A DNA stretch of 64,000 bases, taken from positions 198,642 to 262,641 of the forward strand of contig CAVYSE010000018.1 in assembly GCA_963771075.1 (NCBI GenBank), read 5' to 3'. How positions within the stretch are numbered: the stretch's first letter is position 1; every line of letters begins with the position of its first letter. This document shows positions 47,857-58,928 of the stretch, in pieces. Source of the DNA: a candidate division FCPU426 bacterium. Its GTDB lineage: Bacteria; Oederibacteriota; Muellerivitia; Muellerivitales; Muellerivitaceae. The notes beneath the pieces were generated by a model. It saw only the letters and a list, made by a program, of their open reading frames with translations, ran no database searches and was not told where the DNA came from. The translations under genes and the position numbers were made by a program.

Positions 47857-48513
47857 ATGAAAAAGAGTCTAAGGATTCTAGGCTTCACGGGTCTTTTGGT
47901 GTTGGGTTTCGCTTTTCGGGGCAACGCCCAGGTGAATGTGGGAGTCGCCATAGGCGCCAATGGGCAATTGGACGCTTTCCACCTTGCCATCGGCGATTAT
48001 TTCAAGGTTTCCGAACAGCAGGTTCAAACCTGCCAGGAAAGCAACATCCCGGATGAGCAACAGCCGGTCGTGTTCTTTATCGCCCAGAGGGCCGGAGTCG
48101 CCCCGGAGGCGGTCCTTTTTCTGCGGGCCAAGGGATGGAGCTGGATGCAGATCGCGTACCATTTCCGCCTCAACCCCCGAATCTTTTACACCCCGGGGTC
48201 CTATGCCGGGACGCCCTATGCGCATGGTTATAACGCCTTCCAGGCACATGGCCGAATCAACCTTTCGGACGCCGACATCGTGAATTTCGTCAATTTAAAG
48301 TTCATGTCCGAGCATTACGGCCATGAACCGGCGGAAATCGCCCAAATGCGCGCCCAAGGAAAGAGCTTCCGGGACATCAATGACGGGTATGTCCAAAAGA
48401 AGGAAGCGGTGGAATGGGACGCCAAGCAAGAACCCCATCGTTTTGGAACAAGGTACGGCGATAATCGCCCGGATGACCGGCGCGATGACCACAGGGACGG
48501 CGACCAGCGCTGA
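47857..48513 (+). CDS. secreted hypothetical protein
   Basis: GGAGG RBS; signal peptide MKKSLRILGFTGLLVLGFAFRGNAQ. Confidence 0.5.
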   Translation: MKKSLRILGFTGLLVLGFAFRGNAQVNVGVAIGANGQLDAFHLAIGDYFKVSEQQVQTCQESNIPDEQQPVVFFIAQRAGVAPEAVLFLRAKGWSWMQIAYHFRLNPRIFYTPGSYAGTPYAHGYNAFQAHGRINLSDADIVNFVNLKFMSEHYGHEPAEIAQMRAQGKSFRDINDGYVQKKEAVEWDAKQEPHRFGTRYGDNRPDDRRDDHRDGDQR

Positions 48514-48539
48514 GGGCCTGGTGAGGAAATCCGGTATCC

Positions 48540-49949
48540 ATGCCTGACGAATCGTCGGAGGTTCCCTTCAGGGGGGGTGGGACGGTCATCCTGGAGGCGG
48601 GGCCTGATCCGGGACAATTGCTTTTAAAGCTGGAGAGCCTTCGGGCGGCTGGCCCGGGGAGGGTCCCACCCATCCTCGTGCTGGTCCGCCCCGGCTCGAA
48701 TGCCCCGATCCCTCCAACTCTTTTGAATCAGTTTCCATCGCTCAAGGGCCTGGAACTGGGTCCCCAGTGGCGGAAAGAACTCCACCGTTCCATCCCGACC
48801 CGCCTTTTTGCCTACCTGCCGGCGCAAAGCCCCTATTCCCCGCCGCCTTGGGATGAGGCGGGGAAGGGGGACTCTTTCCTCCTTCCGTGGTTTCCCCCGC
48901 CCCTTTTGCCTGTGACGGCCCAGATGACCCTGCTTCCCCCGGTTTCGGGATGGATCGCGGATAAAGACCTGCTTTTGAGGGAAATCCCGGGCGAGGGCCT
49001 CCCCACCTTGCGGGATTTTGAGAGCCTTTCGGCTTCCGATCCCCTTTCGTCTTCCCATCCCCTTTCGTTCTCCTATCTTTCCGCCCCGGCCCTCCCTTCA
49101 TTTGAAGGGTCTCCGTCCGATGAACCGCCTTTCGGCGGTAAGCCGTACCGGATCCAAAAAAACTCAAGGGTCTTGGGGATCGTCCCTTATTACCAATGCC
49201 GGCCTTGGTTGGAGGAATGCCTGAGGTCCTTGGTGGGCCAAACCCGCCCCTTGGATGGGATCGTGGTCGTGGATGACGGGACAGGGGAACCCCCGCTGGA
49301 CCTGGTGGGAAAATTCAACCAGGTGACCCTCTGGGGGTCGGCGCAAAACGTGGGGCCCTATCGGATCGCCCAATCGGTCATCGAGGCGACGCAATACGAC
49401 GCTTATCTTTTCCAGGACGCGGACGATTGGTCTTCCCTGGACCGCCTGGAACGCCTATTGGAAGCGGCGCAAAGTTCGGGCGCGGAATTGATCGGCACCC
49501 AAGAGCTCATGTACCTGACCGAGAACCTTTTTCCCAACGCCTATGCGAGGGACGTGAACCGGGCCCTTTCAAGGTCCAAGGGATACGCCTTGCTTCACCC
49601 GAGCAGTTTGGTATCGAGGGACCTGGTCATGCGCCTGGGCGGATACTCCTCCGGCATGCGCTTCGGCGGGGATTTGGAATTTCAACTGAGGGCCATTTAC
49701 GCGGCGAGGGTCCGCAACCTGGACCAGTTCTGCTATTTCCGGAGGATCCGGCAGAATTCACTGATCACGTCCGAGGCGACGGGGTTGGCCAGCCCCGCGC
49801 GCAGGGAACTGCAGGGCCGCATTTGGGCGAGGGCGGATGAAAACAGGGAGAGAACGGCGGGGGGGAAAGAAGCCCTGCTGAAACCCATCGCCCCGGCGGG
49901 GACCCTCAAGCTGGATCATTTGATGGGACCCCCACTGAAACGGACTTAG
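48540..49949 (+). CDS. glycosyltransferase family 2 domain protein with Pro-rich N-terminal extension
   Basis: …LGIVPYYQCRPWLEECLRSLVGQT…IVVVDDGTGE… and …FQDADDW… (DxD). Confidence 0.6.
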   Translation: MPDESSEVPFRGGGTVILEAGPDPGQLLLKLESLRAAGPGRVPPILVLVRPGSNAPIPPTLLNQFPSLKGLELGPQWRKELHRSIPTRLFAYLPAQSPYSPPPWDEAGKGDSFLLPWFPPPLLPVTAQMTLLPPVSGWIADKDLLLREIPGEGLPTLRDFESLSASDPLSSSHPLSFSYLSAPALPSFEGSPSDEPPFGGKPYRIQKNSRVLGIVPYYQCRPWLEECLRSLVGQTRPLDGIVVVDDGTGEPPLDLVGKFNQVTLWGSAQNVGPYRIAQSVIEATQYDAYLFQDADDWSSLDRLERLLEAAQSSGAELIGTQELMYLTENLFPNAYARDVNRALSRSKGYALLHPSSLVSRDLVMRLGGYSSGMRFGGDLEFQLRAIYAARVRNLDQFCYFRRIRQNSLITSEATGLASPARRELQGRIWARADENRERTAGGKEALLKPIAPAGTLKLDHLMGPPLKRT

Positions 49950-50002
49950 GGTATGGCCGATGGGTTTGGCCGAACGGTGGGACGCCCCGCCGCGGTTAAG
50001 CG

Positions 50003-50368
50003 CTATTGGCAGGTCAGGACGAAACCCGGGTTCCCTCCGTTGGAGGCGAGCTGGTAGCAGGGGTTGCTGACGGAAACGGTCTGGCTTCCGCCGCTGATGG
50101 TGTAATTGCAGGCGGTGTTCACATAGGGGCATTGAACGCCGATCTTGTGGTTGCCCGAGCTGACGTTGGAGTAGAGGGTATAGGGCCCCCCGGTCGCGGT
50201 CTCAATGACGGAACTGCCCCCGTCAAGGGTAAAGGTCACTCCGCAACCCGTGTCGTTGTAAATATTAGCCAGGATATTGGCGGTGGACGAGCAGGACCAA
50301 TGGGCGGCGGCGAGCATCAAGAGGGCGCCGAATATCAGGGCGGGTAAGGCGTAAAGAAAGTTTTTCAT
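50003..50368 (-). CDS. small secreted Cys-containing hypothetical protein
   Basis: Signal peptide MKNFLYALPALIFGALLMLAAAHW; 8 Cys. Confidence 0.45.
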   Translation of the reverse strand: MKNFLYALPALIFGALLMLAAAHWSCSSTANILANIYNDTGCGVTFTLDGGSSVIETATGGPYTLYSNVSSGNHKIGVQCPYVNTACNYTISGGSQTVSVSNPCYQLASNGGNPGFVLTCQ

Positions 50369-50500
50369 GTGTCGCTCCAACGGTAGGTTATCGGCCTTGC
50401 GGATATTTTAGACGTTCCGGGCCAATAAAAGTGCCAAAATTAACATTCCGCCCTTTGCTCCCTTGAATAGGCCGGGTAGCATAGGCCGATCCTCCTGAAG

Positions 50501-52288
50501 GTGAACCGCATGAAGTTGAAATTCATTTTATTAATTCCGGCGTTTTGGGCCCTGAGCCCCGTCCTTGCGCCCGCCCAGGGTTTGCCACCGCGCGCTTATG
50601 ACCTGCCTTCGCTTCGGGCCCAATTAACCTCTTATATTCAGGACCAAGTCAAGAAAAACCACGTAAAAGGCCTCAGCCTGGCGGTGGTGGACGGTTCAAA
50701 CCTGGTCTGGTGCGGGGGATACGGTTGGGCCGATGAGAAAAACAAGGTTCCCGCCACCGGCGATACCCTTTACATGGCGGGGGGGATCTCCAAGGTCCTG
50801 ACGGCCCTGGAGGTGATGAAACGGGTCGAACTGAAAAAACTGAAGTTGGACAAGCCAGTCCAGGCCTATCTCCCGGACTTTTCAATCCATGACCGGTTTT
50901 CCCGGCCGCGTCCCATCACCCTGCGATCCTTGCTGGCCCACCATTCGGGCCTGCCCGCAGCCTACCTGAAGGGAATGTTGTCCCCGAAACCCATGGGCCT
51001 GGCGGAGCTGGTTTCGGACCTGAGGGAGGATTCCCTGGTGGCGCCGCCCCAAACCCAATTTCGCTTTTCCTACCTGGATTACGACCTTTTGGGCAGGATT
51101 CTGGAGACCCAAGGAAACGCCGAATTCCCGGAGGTGATGCGCCGGGACCTGCTGGAACCCCTGGGGATGGAATCCTCGACCTTTGACGTGACCCTCGAGA
51201 TGGAGAACAAGCTGGCCAAGGGCTATCTGCGCGGGAAGGTCATGCCGCTTTCCCGCATGAGGGATTTGCCCGTGTCGGGCATGGCCTCCACCGCCAACGA
51301 CCTATCCCAATTCATGCGGGCGATTTTGGGCGGCCGGACGGTGTCCGGGAAGCCCTGGATCATGGAAAAGACGGTGGCCTCCATGTTTGAGCCCCAATGG
51401 CCGGGAATGCCCATCGATTTGGGGCAAAAGGTGGGGTTGGGATGGATGCTGAGCGGGTGGGAGGTGCCGGGGGCGGAACAGGTCGCCTGGCACGAGGGAA
51501 GCCTCTCACCCTATTGCTCCGAGATGGCGGTGCTTTACCAGCAGAAGTTGGGAGTGGCGCTTCTTTCGAACTCCTCGGAGGCGAAGAAGGCGGCCCGGGA
51601 TATCGTCACGGGGGCGTTGAAGATGCTGATCCAAGCCAAATTCGGCACCGCGGAAAATACAGGGGAGACGAAAAAAGCCGCGCCCAAGGAAATCAAGATC
51701 AAACCGGAGGCCCTCGCCCCCTATACGGGATTCTATTCGGCTTTCGGCCAGGTGACCCCCATGGAGCAGCACGGCACCCATCTTTCCATGAGGCTGTTCA
51801 ACGCCAACATCGACCTGGTGCCGGTGGGGGAAAACCTCTTCATGCCCCGGGTCAAGTATCTCCTCTTTTTCCACTATGATTTTCCCGAATTTATGGTGCG
51901 GTTCCGGACCCTCGAGGACCGGCGATTGGCGGTGTTGGATGGCTTTTCCGTGCCGGTGGCTTTCGAGCGAATCGATCCCGTCCCCGTCCCGCCCGCTTGG
52001 GATTCGGTGCTCGGGGAATATGCCCTGGATAACCCGGATGACCTGGTCACCGTCTCCAACGTGGATTTATCGGTGAAAAGAGGCGTCCTCACCGCCAGCC
52101 TCAAATTCAGCAACAAACCCTATGACGTCAAGAATTACAAATATGACATGGCCTTCACGCCCCTGTCGGAGAACGAGGCGGTGGTGCCCGGCTTGTTTTT
52201 AACCGACGGCGGGACGCTTCGCGTGACGCGGGAAAAGGGCCGGACCCGGCTGTTTTATTCTGGATATTGGTTCACGAAAATTAAATAA
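50501..52288 (+). CDS. beta-lactamase-family (class C/PBP-like, PF00144-type) serine-hydrolase-fold protein with C-terminal extension
   Basis: Signal peptide; …TLYMAGGISKVLTALEVM… aligns by eye with AmpC …TLFELGSVSKTFTGVL…; …LLAHHSGLP…. Confidence 0.65.
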   Translation: MNRMKLKFILLIPAFWALSPVLAPAQGLPPRAYDLPSLRAQLTSYIQDQVKKNHVKGLSLAVVDGSNLVWCGGYGWADEKNKVPATGDTLYMAGGISKVLTALEVMKRVELKKLKLDKPVQAYLPDFSIHDRFSRPRPITLRSLLAHHSGLPAAYLKGMLSPKPMGLAELVSDLREDSLVAPPQTQFRFSYLDYDLLGRILETQGNAEFPEVMRRDLLEPLGMESSTFDVTLEMENKLAKGYLRGKVMPLSRMRDLPVSGMASTANDLSQFMRAILGGRTVSGKPWIMEKTVASMFEPQWPGMPIDLGQKVGLGWMLSGWEVPGAEQVAWHEGSLSPYCSEMAVLYQQKLGVALLSNSSEAKKAARDIVTGALKMLIQAKFGTAENTGETKKAAPKEIKIKPEALAPYTGFYSAFGQVTPMEQHGTHLSMRLFNANIDLVPVGENLFMPRVKYLLFFHYDFPEFMVRFRTLEDRRLAVLDGFSVPVAFERIDPVPVPPAWDSVLGEYALDNPDDLVTVSNVDLSVKRGVLTASLKFSNKPYDVKNYKYDMAFTPLSENEAVVPGLFLTDGGTLRVTREKGRTRLFYSGYWFTKIK

Positions 52289-52324
52289 TCGGGGCGGTCC
52301 CGGGGCCTCACGCCCCTTATCCGA

Positions 52325-52873
52325 ATGGGGCGATCCGCAGGAACAAAAGGCTGGAACATGGAAAACCAATTCAAACTGACCCCGGAGCAGGAGTCGAGGA
52401 ACAAAACCCAGGCCTGGCAGGGAACGGGTTTTATGCTGCTCGTGTTCATCGCGGTGGGAGGGCTGGGGACCTACCCTCTTTTAAGGGGCGCGGACGGGAA
52501 CCATTCCAACCTTCTCTTTTTCTGGGGTTTGCTGGGAATCATCTATGTCCTCAGCAGCGTGGTGGGTTTACGGTCCATGAACGAAAAGATGGTGATCCGG
52601 GTGGAGGCGGGGCCGGATGCGATCCTCCTCACCACGAAAAAGAGCCCGGAAACCATCCCCTACGCGACGATCAAGAAGATGGAGATCCAGACCGACCTGG
52701 AGGGGAAAGTGATTTTGATTTATTTAAGGGCGCAGGAAAGTAAAAAGGCCAAACCGGGAGAAAGGCCTTACCTGTTGTTGGAGGGGTTTGAGGGGATGGA
52801 CCTCTTGGCCCGTGAAATCGAGAAAAAAATCAAGGCTCCCGGCGTGGTGAGCCGAACCCAAAAAACAGGATGA
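52325..52873 (+). CDS. hypothetical membrane protein
   Basis: Two TM helices near N-terminus; 182 aa. Confidence 0.4.
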   Translation: MGRSAGTKGWNMENQFKLTPEQESRNKTQAWQGTGFMLLVFIAVGGLGTYPLLRGADGNHSNLLFFWGLLGIIYVLSSVVGLRSMNEKMVIRVEAGPDAILLTTKKSPETIPYATIKKMEIQTDLEGKVILIYLRAQESKKAKPGERPYLLLEGFEGMDLLAREIEKKIKAPGVVSRTQKTG

Positions 52874-52900
52874 AGCCGCGGGCGGCTTAGGCGCGGCGGC

Positions 52901-54181
52901 CTAAGCCCGGTCCTGGATGGCGACGTAGTCCCGTTTCAGGGGCCCCTGGTAGACCTGGCGGGGACGGGCGATCCGGGTGTCCTTATCATGCCGCATTTCG
53001 CGCCAGTGGGCCAGCCAACCGGGCATCCGGCCGATGGCGAAGAGAACCGTGAACATGTTCACGGGGAAGCCCGCGGCCTTCAAGATCAAGCCCGAGTAAA
53101 AATCCACGTTGGGGTAGAGCTTGCGGCTGAGGAAATAATCGTCGTGGGTGGCGATTTCCTCCAGTTTCAAGGCGATATCGAAGGTGGAATCCAGCATGCC
53201 GGGGCGTTTCAGGAGCTTGTGGCACAAGTTCTTGATGATGGCCGCGCGGGGGTCGAAATTCTTATAGACCCGATGGCCGAACCCCATCAGTTTTCCCTTG
53301 TTGTTCTTGAGGTCCTCCACGAATTTCTCGGGCGTGGTCTTGGTATCGCGCAGGTGTTCCAGCATCTCGATGACTTCCTGGTTGGCCCCGCCGTGGAGCC
53401 TGCCCCAGAGGGCGCTGATGCCCGCCCCCATGACCGCGTAGATATTGGCCAGGCTGGACCCGGCCATGCGGACGGTGGAGGTGGAGCAGTTCTGCTCGTG
53501 GTCCGCGCTTAAAAGGAAAAACAAGTCCAGCGCCTGCACCACGTCCGGGTCCAATTGGTAGTCCTTGACGGGCGACGCGAACATCATGTTGAGGAAGTTT
53601 TCCACGAATTTGAGCTTGTTGGAGGGGTACACCACCGGTTCGCCGATGGACTTCTTATAGGAAAAGGCCGCGATGGTCCGGATCTGGCTCATCAGGTTGG
53701 CGATGATGATTTCCTCCGAGGCCGGATCCAGGTTGTCCTTGACCGGGTAGAAGGCCGAAAGGGAAGCGGCCACGCTGGTGAGGATGGCCATGGGGTGGGC
53801 GCCCTTGGGGTAGCCGGTAAAGAAGTGAAGCATGTCCTCGTGGATCAGGGAGGACTTGTTGAGCCTTTCGGAGAAGGATTGAAGATGGGCCTCGCTGGGC
53901 AGCTCGCCGTACATGAGCAGGTAGGCGGTTTCGGTGAAAAAGGATTTTTGGGCCAGTTCCTCGATGGGGATGCCGCGGTAACGCAGGATGCCCTTGTCCC
54001 CGTCGATGAAGGTGATGTTGCTCTGGCAGGAACCGGTGTTGCCGTAGCCCGGGTCGAGGGTAATGTAGCCCGAGTCGTTTCTCAGGGCGGAGATGTCGAT
54101 CGCTTTTTCGCCTTCCGTCCCAATGATGATGGGATACTCGTAGGTCTTGCCTTCCAGGATGATTTTCGCTTTATCCGCCAT
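52901..54181 (-). CDS. gltA: citrate synthase
   Basis: …GFGHRVYKNFDPRA… citrate synthase signature; 426 aa. Confidence 0.9.
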   Translation of the reverse strand: MADKAKIILEGKTYEYPIIIGTEGEKAIDISALRNDSGYITLDPGYGNTGSCQSNITFIDGDKGILRYRGIPIEELAQKSFFTETAYLLMYGELPSEAHLQSFSERLNKSSLIHEDMLHFFTGYPKGAHPMAILTSVAASLSAFYPVKDNLDPASEEIIIANLMSQIRTIAAFSYKKSIGEPVVYPSNKLKFVENFLNMMFASPVKDYQLDPDVVQALDLFFLLSADHEQNCSTSTVRMAGSSLANIYAVMGAGISALWGRLHGGANQEVIEMLEHLRDTKTTPEKFVEDLKNNKGKLMGFGHRVYKNFDPRAAIIKNLCHKLLKRPGMLDSTFDIALKLEEIATHDDYFLSRKLYPNVDFYSGLILKAAGFPVNMFTVLFAIGRMPGWLAHWREMRHDKDTRIARPRQVYQGPLKRDYVAIQDRA

Positions 54182-54393
54182 GATAGACCTCCCCGATAAG
54201 ATGAGGGCATTGTAAGGAAAGTTATCATGGAGGGAAGAGGCTTTTTCAATATTTCTTCAATGAAAATGGATTTCAGGGCACGAAGTCACTCCTGGAAACC
54301 GGATCGGAAGCCGGGCCGGTTGAAAGGGCGCGCCCCCGCCAAACTTTTTAGGTGGAAAGTACGGATTGAAAACCGTTTTTTTCTTGAGAAGGA

Positions 54394-54600
54394 ATGGAAA
54401 ACCCTAATAATGACCCCATGCATAAGGCCCAATACCAGCTGCGCGATTTGCTGATCCACAAAAAAATAGAAATTGTGGGCATGGTCGTTTTCGTGGACCG
54501 TAAGAACGCCGTCTATCGGGTCTGTGTGGATGACGACATGCCGGTGGAGAATTGGGGCTTTCATGAGGTCGATCTCTACCAGAAGAATTTGGTCCCCTAA
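54394..54600 (+). CDS. small hypothetical protein (68 aa)
   Basis: GGAATGG RBS-like; compact ORF upstream of GH9. Confidence 0.3.
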   Translation: MENPNNDPMHKAQYQLRDLLIHKKIEIVGMVVFVDRKNAVYRVCVDDDMPVENWGFHEVDLYQKNLVP

Positions 54601-54751
54601 TCCCCTTTCATTCGGCCCCCCCTTGGCCTTTTTAAAAGGAATTAAAGGCGAAACCCACCTTCGGGAAGTTTCAGCCGTCTTTTCAAATAAATCCCCTGGT
54701 TTTGCGATAAAATAAAGCGAGTTGTTTCCCTTCATCCACCGTTGGAGCCTT

Positions 54752-57700
54752 ATGCGAATCGTTTTAAGACCCTTGCCCTCTATATATTATTTCGCCCTTG
54801 CCTTGACCTTCCTGGCTCCCGGCGCTTTCGCCTCGACCGTTGCCGGCCACATCAAAACCGATAACTTCGGATACCGGACGACCGACTCGAAGATCGCTTA
54901 TTTCACGGAAAACCCCGGTTCGGCGGTTAGCCTGGTGAATGCCAGCTCCGGCACGGCGGTTTATGGCGTCCCGGCGGCGGATATCATCAGCAAGGGGACG
55001 GACCCCACCTCGATCACCGGCGACACGGTTTGGTGGGTCGATTTCTCCGCCTACACCACGCCTGGAAGCTATTACGTCCTTTCGACCAGCTTGAACGAGC
55101 AGTCCTACACGTTCCAGATCAACGACTGTATCTACCAGGCGCCTATGACCGCCACCCTGAAGGCCCTCTACTACCAGCGTTGCGGATGCGCCCATCCCGC
55201 CCAATACGCGGGAGCCAATTGGTCCGACAGCGGCGTCTGCCACTCGCAGGACGCGGCTTGCGGGCCCGCCTCCGGATGCACCTTTCCAAACACCTACGGC
55301 ACCTTGAACCTGGAGGGCGGTTGGCACGACGCGGGGGACTTCAATAAATATATCGGCTCCACGCCCACCGGCGCCTGCGCCAATTGGGGCGGGGACTCCG
55401 GGGAAGCCCTCCACGACCTGCTGACGGCCTATGAGTGGAACCCCGCCCTTTTCCAGGGCCTCTCCTCCAACATTCCCGAGTCGGGGAATGGGGTCGCGGA
55501 CATCCTCAACGAGGCCATGTGGGAACTGACTTGGTACCAGAAGATGCAGATGACGGATTACCATGTTTTGTCGGTGGTGCATGCCACGGGCGGGGGAGGC
55601 CAGTCGCCGCCCAGCACGGACACCCAAACCCGCTATTACTACCCGCCCAACCCGGCGGGGGAGGCCCAGTTCGTGGCCATCATGTCCCACGCCGCGAGGG
55701 TTTTATCGGGGGTCCCGGGTCTTGCCAGCGCCGCGGTGTCGTTTAAGACCGCGGCGGAAAACACCTGGAACGCCTTCGTGTCCTCGGCCCCGGTGACCAA
55801 CCAGCAGTTCTGGGCCGCCGCCGAGATCTTCCGCATGGAGGAGGCCCTGGGCGGGTCGGCCGCGATCGAGAGCAAAGCCCAATCCATCGTGGACAACTAC
55901 CAGAACTGGAACGGATTTTGGCTCAACGAGGACCTGTTCCAACAGAACTGGGGCATGCTGGCCTATATGCAGGCCACGAACGCCACCGCCTCGGTGGTGG
56001 CCAACATGAAGGCGGATTGGGGCAACCTGGTCGCCAACATCTTTTCGGTAAACGATATTTACAACTCGGGAATGAACACTTACGACTATTTCTGGGGAGC
56101 CGATGAGGTAAAGATGAATTACGCCCTGGAGCTGTTATGGGCGGCCAAACTGAACATGACCGGGAGTTCCAGCGCGGTCACGTGCCAGCAGCAAGCCGAG
56201 AATTTCCTCCATTACATGAATGGGGCCAACCCCCTGAACATGACCTTGATGACCAACTCCAACGCCATCGGCGCTTCCCACGGCGTCTGGCGCATTTACC
56301 ACCAATGGTTCGGGAATTACAATCCCGTCAACGGCCCCGGCACCTATTCCTACGACAATTTCATCGGCAAACCCGTGTCGGTCCTGGATCCCCTCTATCC
56401 CTATTTTTCAGGGGTGGACGCCTGGGGCGTGAGTGACAGCGGACCCTCTTCCTTCGGACCCCCGCCGGGTATCGTTCCGGATGGGCCGAGCCATGGTTAC
56501 GTGGATTCCAATGGAAAGGCCCAGCCGCCCCTCTTGTCGGGCGGAGGGGCGCCGCCCTATGAGAAGGATTACCGGGATTGGGATTTTGTCGACAGCTCCG
56601 GGGTTTCTACCATTCCTTGGGTCGTGAACGAAACGGGGCTTTATTACACCGCCTCCTACATGATCGTAGCTTCGGCCTTCACCAATGCCTGCGCCACCGG
56701 GGCGACATCCACCCCCACCCGGACCGCTACCCTCACCCCCACGAGGACGGCCACAGGCACCGCTTCCCCAACCGCAACCTTGACCCTTTCGCCCACCCGT
56801 TCGATAACCCCTACGGCGACTTCCACGGTCACGGCGACCCTGACCCCCACGGGTTCATTAACACCTACCATCACCTTGACCACCACGCCCACCCGGTCGA
56901 TGACGCCGACGCCAACCCGCACCTTCACCTCCACCCCCTCCACCACGGGTACCGCAACCTTGACCGTCACCTTAAGCGCTTCGCCCACCCGTTCGATGAC
57001 CCCCACGGCGACTTTCTCGGCCACGGCGACCTCGACCACCACGGGTTCCCCAACATCGACCGCCACCTCGACCCTTACCCCCACCCACACGGCGACACCC
57101 CCTTCGTCACCTACCCTTACGGCGACTTCGACCACCACCGGGTCGGCCACCTCTACCCCCACCTCGACCTTGACGGGTACCGCGACCTCGACCGTCACCT
57201 TAAGCCATTCGCCCACCCGGTCGATGACCCCCACAGCGACTTTTACGGTCACGGCGACCCCGACCGCCACGGGTTCCTCAACATCGACCGTTATCTCGAC
57301 CCTTACCCCCACCCGCACGACGACACCCACTTCGTCACCTACCCTAACGGCGACCGCGACCACCACCGGGTCGGCCACCTCTTCCGCCACATCCACCGCG
57401 TCCCGCACCCCAACCGCAACGGCGACTTCCACGGGTTCCTCCACCGGCACCCTATCCCCGACCTCCACCCCTACGGCTTCCAGGACCCCGTCGGTGACGA
57501 TCACCGCTACGCCCTCCATTACCTTGACCTCGACGCCGTCCACCACCCGCACTCCCACTTCTACCTTGAGCCCCACGGCCAGTTTCACAGCGACGATCAC
57601 AGGCACTTCGACCCTGTCGTCCACGATCACACCGACCCCGGTTCTGAGTTACACACCCAGCGATACCCCCACGATCACCCAGACCTTCACGGTAACCCTT

Positions 57701-58777
57701 ACCCTTAGCCTGACCCCCTCTCCGACGTCCTCCCGAACACCCACCTCGTCTTATACCGAAACCGCCACTTCCACGGCCACCTTGCCACCCACCTTTACCA
57801 ATACACCCACATCTACCGCGATATGGTCCATCACCTATACATGGTCGCCTACTACCACCCCCACCTTGACCTGGACCCCCACCTTCACCTTCACACCGAC
57901 ATTCACGCTAACCCTCACCAATACTCTGTCGCCGACTTCCACCGGCACACCCACGGCCTCCCCGACCCCCACCCCTACTTTCTCCAACACCTCTGCGCTA
58001 ACGGCCACTCCCTCTCCGGTCTTTACCTTGACCACCACGGGAACTTGGACCACGACCTGGACTTCCACCCCCACCGCCACCCTTTCCGCCACTTCCTCGG
58101 CCACTTGGACTGCAAGCTTGACGTTCACCGCGACCCCGCCCTTCAGCTCTACCTGGACTCCCACGGGGACGGCCACCCATACCTCCACCGGAACGAGAAC
58201 TTGGACGGCTACGGCCACACCCAGTTGGACCTTCTCCTTCACTGAAACCTCGACGTCCTCCCTTACCCCAACCCGTACAATTACCCCCACGGTCACCGCC
58301 ACGTCCACGGGCATGGATACGGCGACCTGGACAAGTACTTTGACCTTTTCCTTTACGCCCTCTCCCAGCGCGACTTCTTCTTGGACACCCCTTTGGACGG
58401 GAACCCCCACGCCAAGCGCGACGAACAGCCAGACCGCGACCTTGACCCCCAGTTGGACCCCGACGCCCGTTCCCACAACAGCCCTAACGGCCACTGTCAC
58501 CCTCACTCCCCTGTCCCAACCGGCTCTTTATCCCAACCCGGTCACCGGAAACACGGTCAACCTGTCGATTCCCTATGGAGGAAACGTGCAGGTGAATGTT
58601 TACACCCTGGCCTTCCGAAGGGTGATCCACCTGACCCTCAACCAAATGGTCCCGGGCGCGGTCGTTTCCTTGGGACTGACGGATGATTGGGGGAAGCCCA
58701 TTTCCGACGGCCTTTATTACGTGGTGGTCACGGGGCAGGGAAAAAGGTGGATCGGTAAGTTGCTGGTCTTAAGGTGA
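54752..58777 (+). CDS. secreted glycoside hydrolase family 9 endoglucanase with N-terminal Ig-like domain, ~600-aa Thr/Ser/Pro linker and T9SS type-A-like CTD
   Basis: Signal peptide; GH9 signature …[17 protein letters not shown]…; C-terminus [19 protein letters not shown]…[23 protein letters not shown]. Confidence 0.8.
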   Translation: MRIVLRPLPSIYYFALALTFLAPGAFASTVAGHIKTDNFGYRTTDSKIAYFTENPGSAVSLVNASSGTAVYGVPAADIISKGTDPTSITGDTVWWVDFSAYTTPGSYYVLSTSLNEQSYTFQINDCIYQAPMTATLKALYYQRCGCAHPAQYAGANWSDSGVCHSQDAACGPASGCTFPNTYGTLNLEGGWHDAGDFNKYIGSTPTGACANWGGDSGEALHDLLTAYEWNPALFQGLSSNIPESGNGVADILNEAMWELTWYQKMQMTDYHVLSVVHATGGGGQSPPSTDTQTRYYYPPNPAGEAQFVAIMSHAARVLSGVPGLASAAVSFKTAAENTWNAFVSSAPVTNQQFWAAAEIFRMEEALGGSAAIESKAQSIVDNYQNWNGFWLNEDLFQQNWGMLAYMQATNATASVVANMKADWGNLVANIFSVNDIYNSGMNTYDYFWGADEVKMNYALELLWAAKLNMTGSSSAVTCQQQAENFLHYMNGANPLNMTLMTNSNAIGASHGVWRIYHQWFGNYNPVNGPGTYSYDNFIGKPVSVLDPLYPYFSGVDAWGVSDSGPSSFGPPPGIVPDGPSHGYVDSNGKAQPPLLSGGGAPPYEKDYRDWDFVDSSGVSTIPWVVNETGLYYTASYMIVASAFTNACATGATSTPTRTATLTPTRTATGTASPTATLTLSPTRSITPTATSTVTATLTPTGSLTPTITLTTTPTRSMTPTPTRTFTSTPSTTGTATLTVTLSASPTRSMTPTATFSATATSTTTGSPTSTATSTLTPTHTATPPSSPTLTATSTTTGSATSTPTSTLTGTATSTVTLSHSPTRSMTPTATFTVTATPTATGSSTSTVISTLTPTRTTTPTSSPTLTATATTTGSATSSATSTASRTPTATATSTGSSTGTLSPTSTPTASRTPSVTITATPSITLTSTPSTTRTPTSTLSPTASFTATITGTSTLSSTITPTPVLSYTPSDTPTITQTFTVTLTLSLTPSPTSSRTPTSSYTETATSTATLPPTFTNTPTSTAIWSITYTWSPTTTPTLTWTPTFTFTPTFTLTLTNTLSPTSTGTPTASPTPTPTFSNTSALTATPSPVFTLTTTGTWTTTWTSTPTATLSATSSATWTASLTFTATPPFSSTWTPTGTATHTSTGTRTWTATATPSWTFSFTETSTSSLTPTRTITPTVTATSTGMDTATWTSTLTFSFTPSPSATSSWTPLWTGTPTPSATNSQTATLTPSWTPTPVPTTALTATVTLTPLSQPALYPNPVTGNTVNLSIPYGGNVQVNVYTLAFRRVIHLTLNQMVPGAVVSLGLTDDWGKPISDGLYYVVVTGQGKRWIGKLLVLR
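56700..58500 (+). repeat. Thr/Ser/Pro linker-coding low-complexity DNA (GH9 gene)
   Basis: Direct reading; spurious antisense ORFs 56656..57630 and 57835..58506. Confidence 0.9.
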
Positions 58778-58928
58778 GCCAGGGAGGTACCCGTTTAACT
58801 TTTTTGAACCGGTTCAGGCCTTTGCCCTATGTTCCCGGATGTTAAAATGGGTTTGTCGGATGAAATCCCCTTGGCCTGAAATCCTTACTTCTTGAAATCA
58901 AATTTGTATTTCGTTTCCCCGGGAAAAA

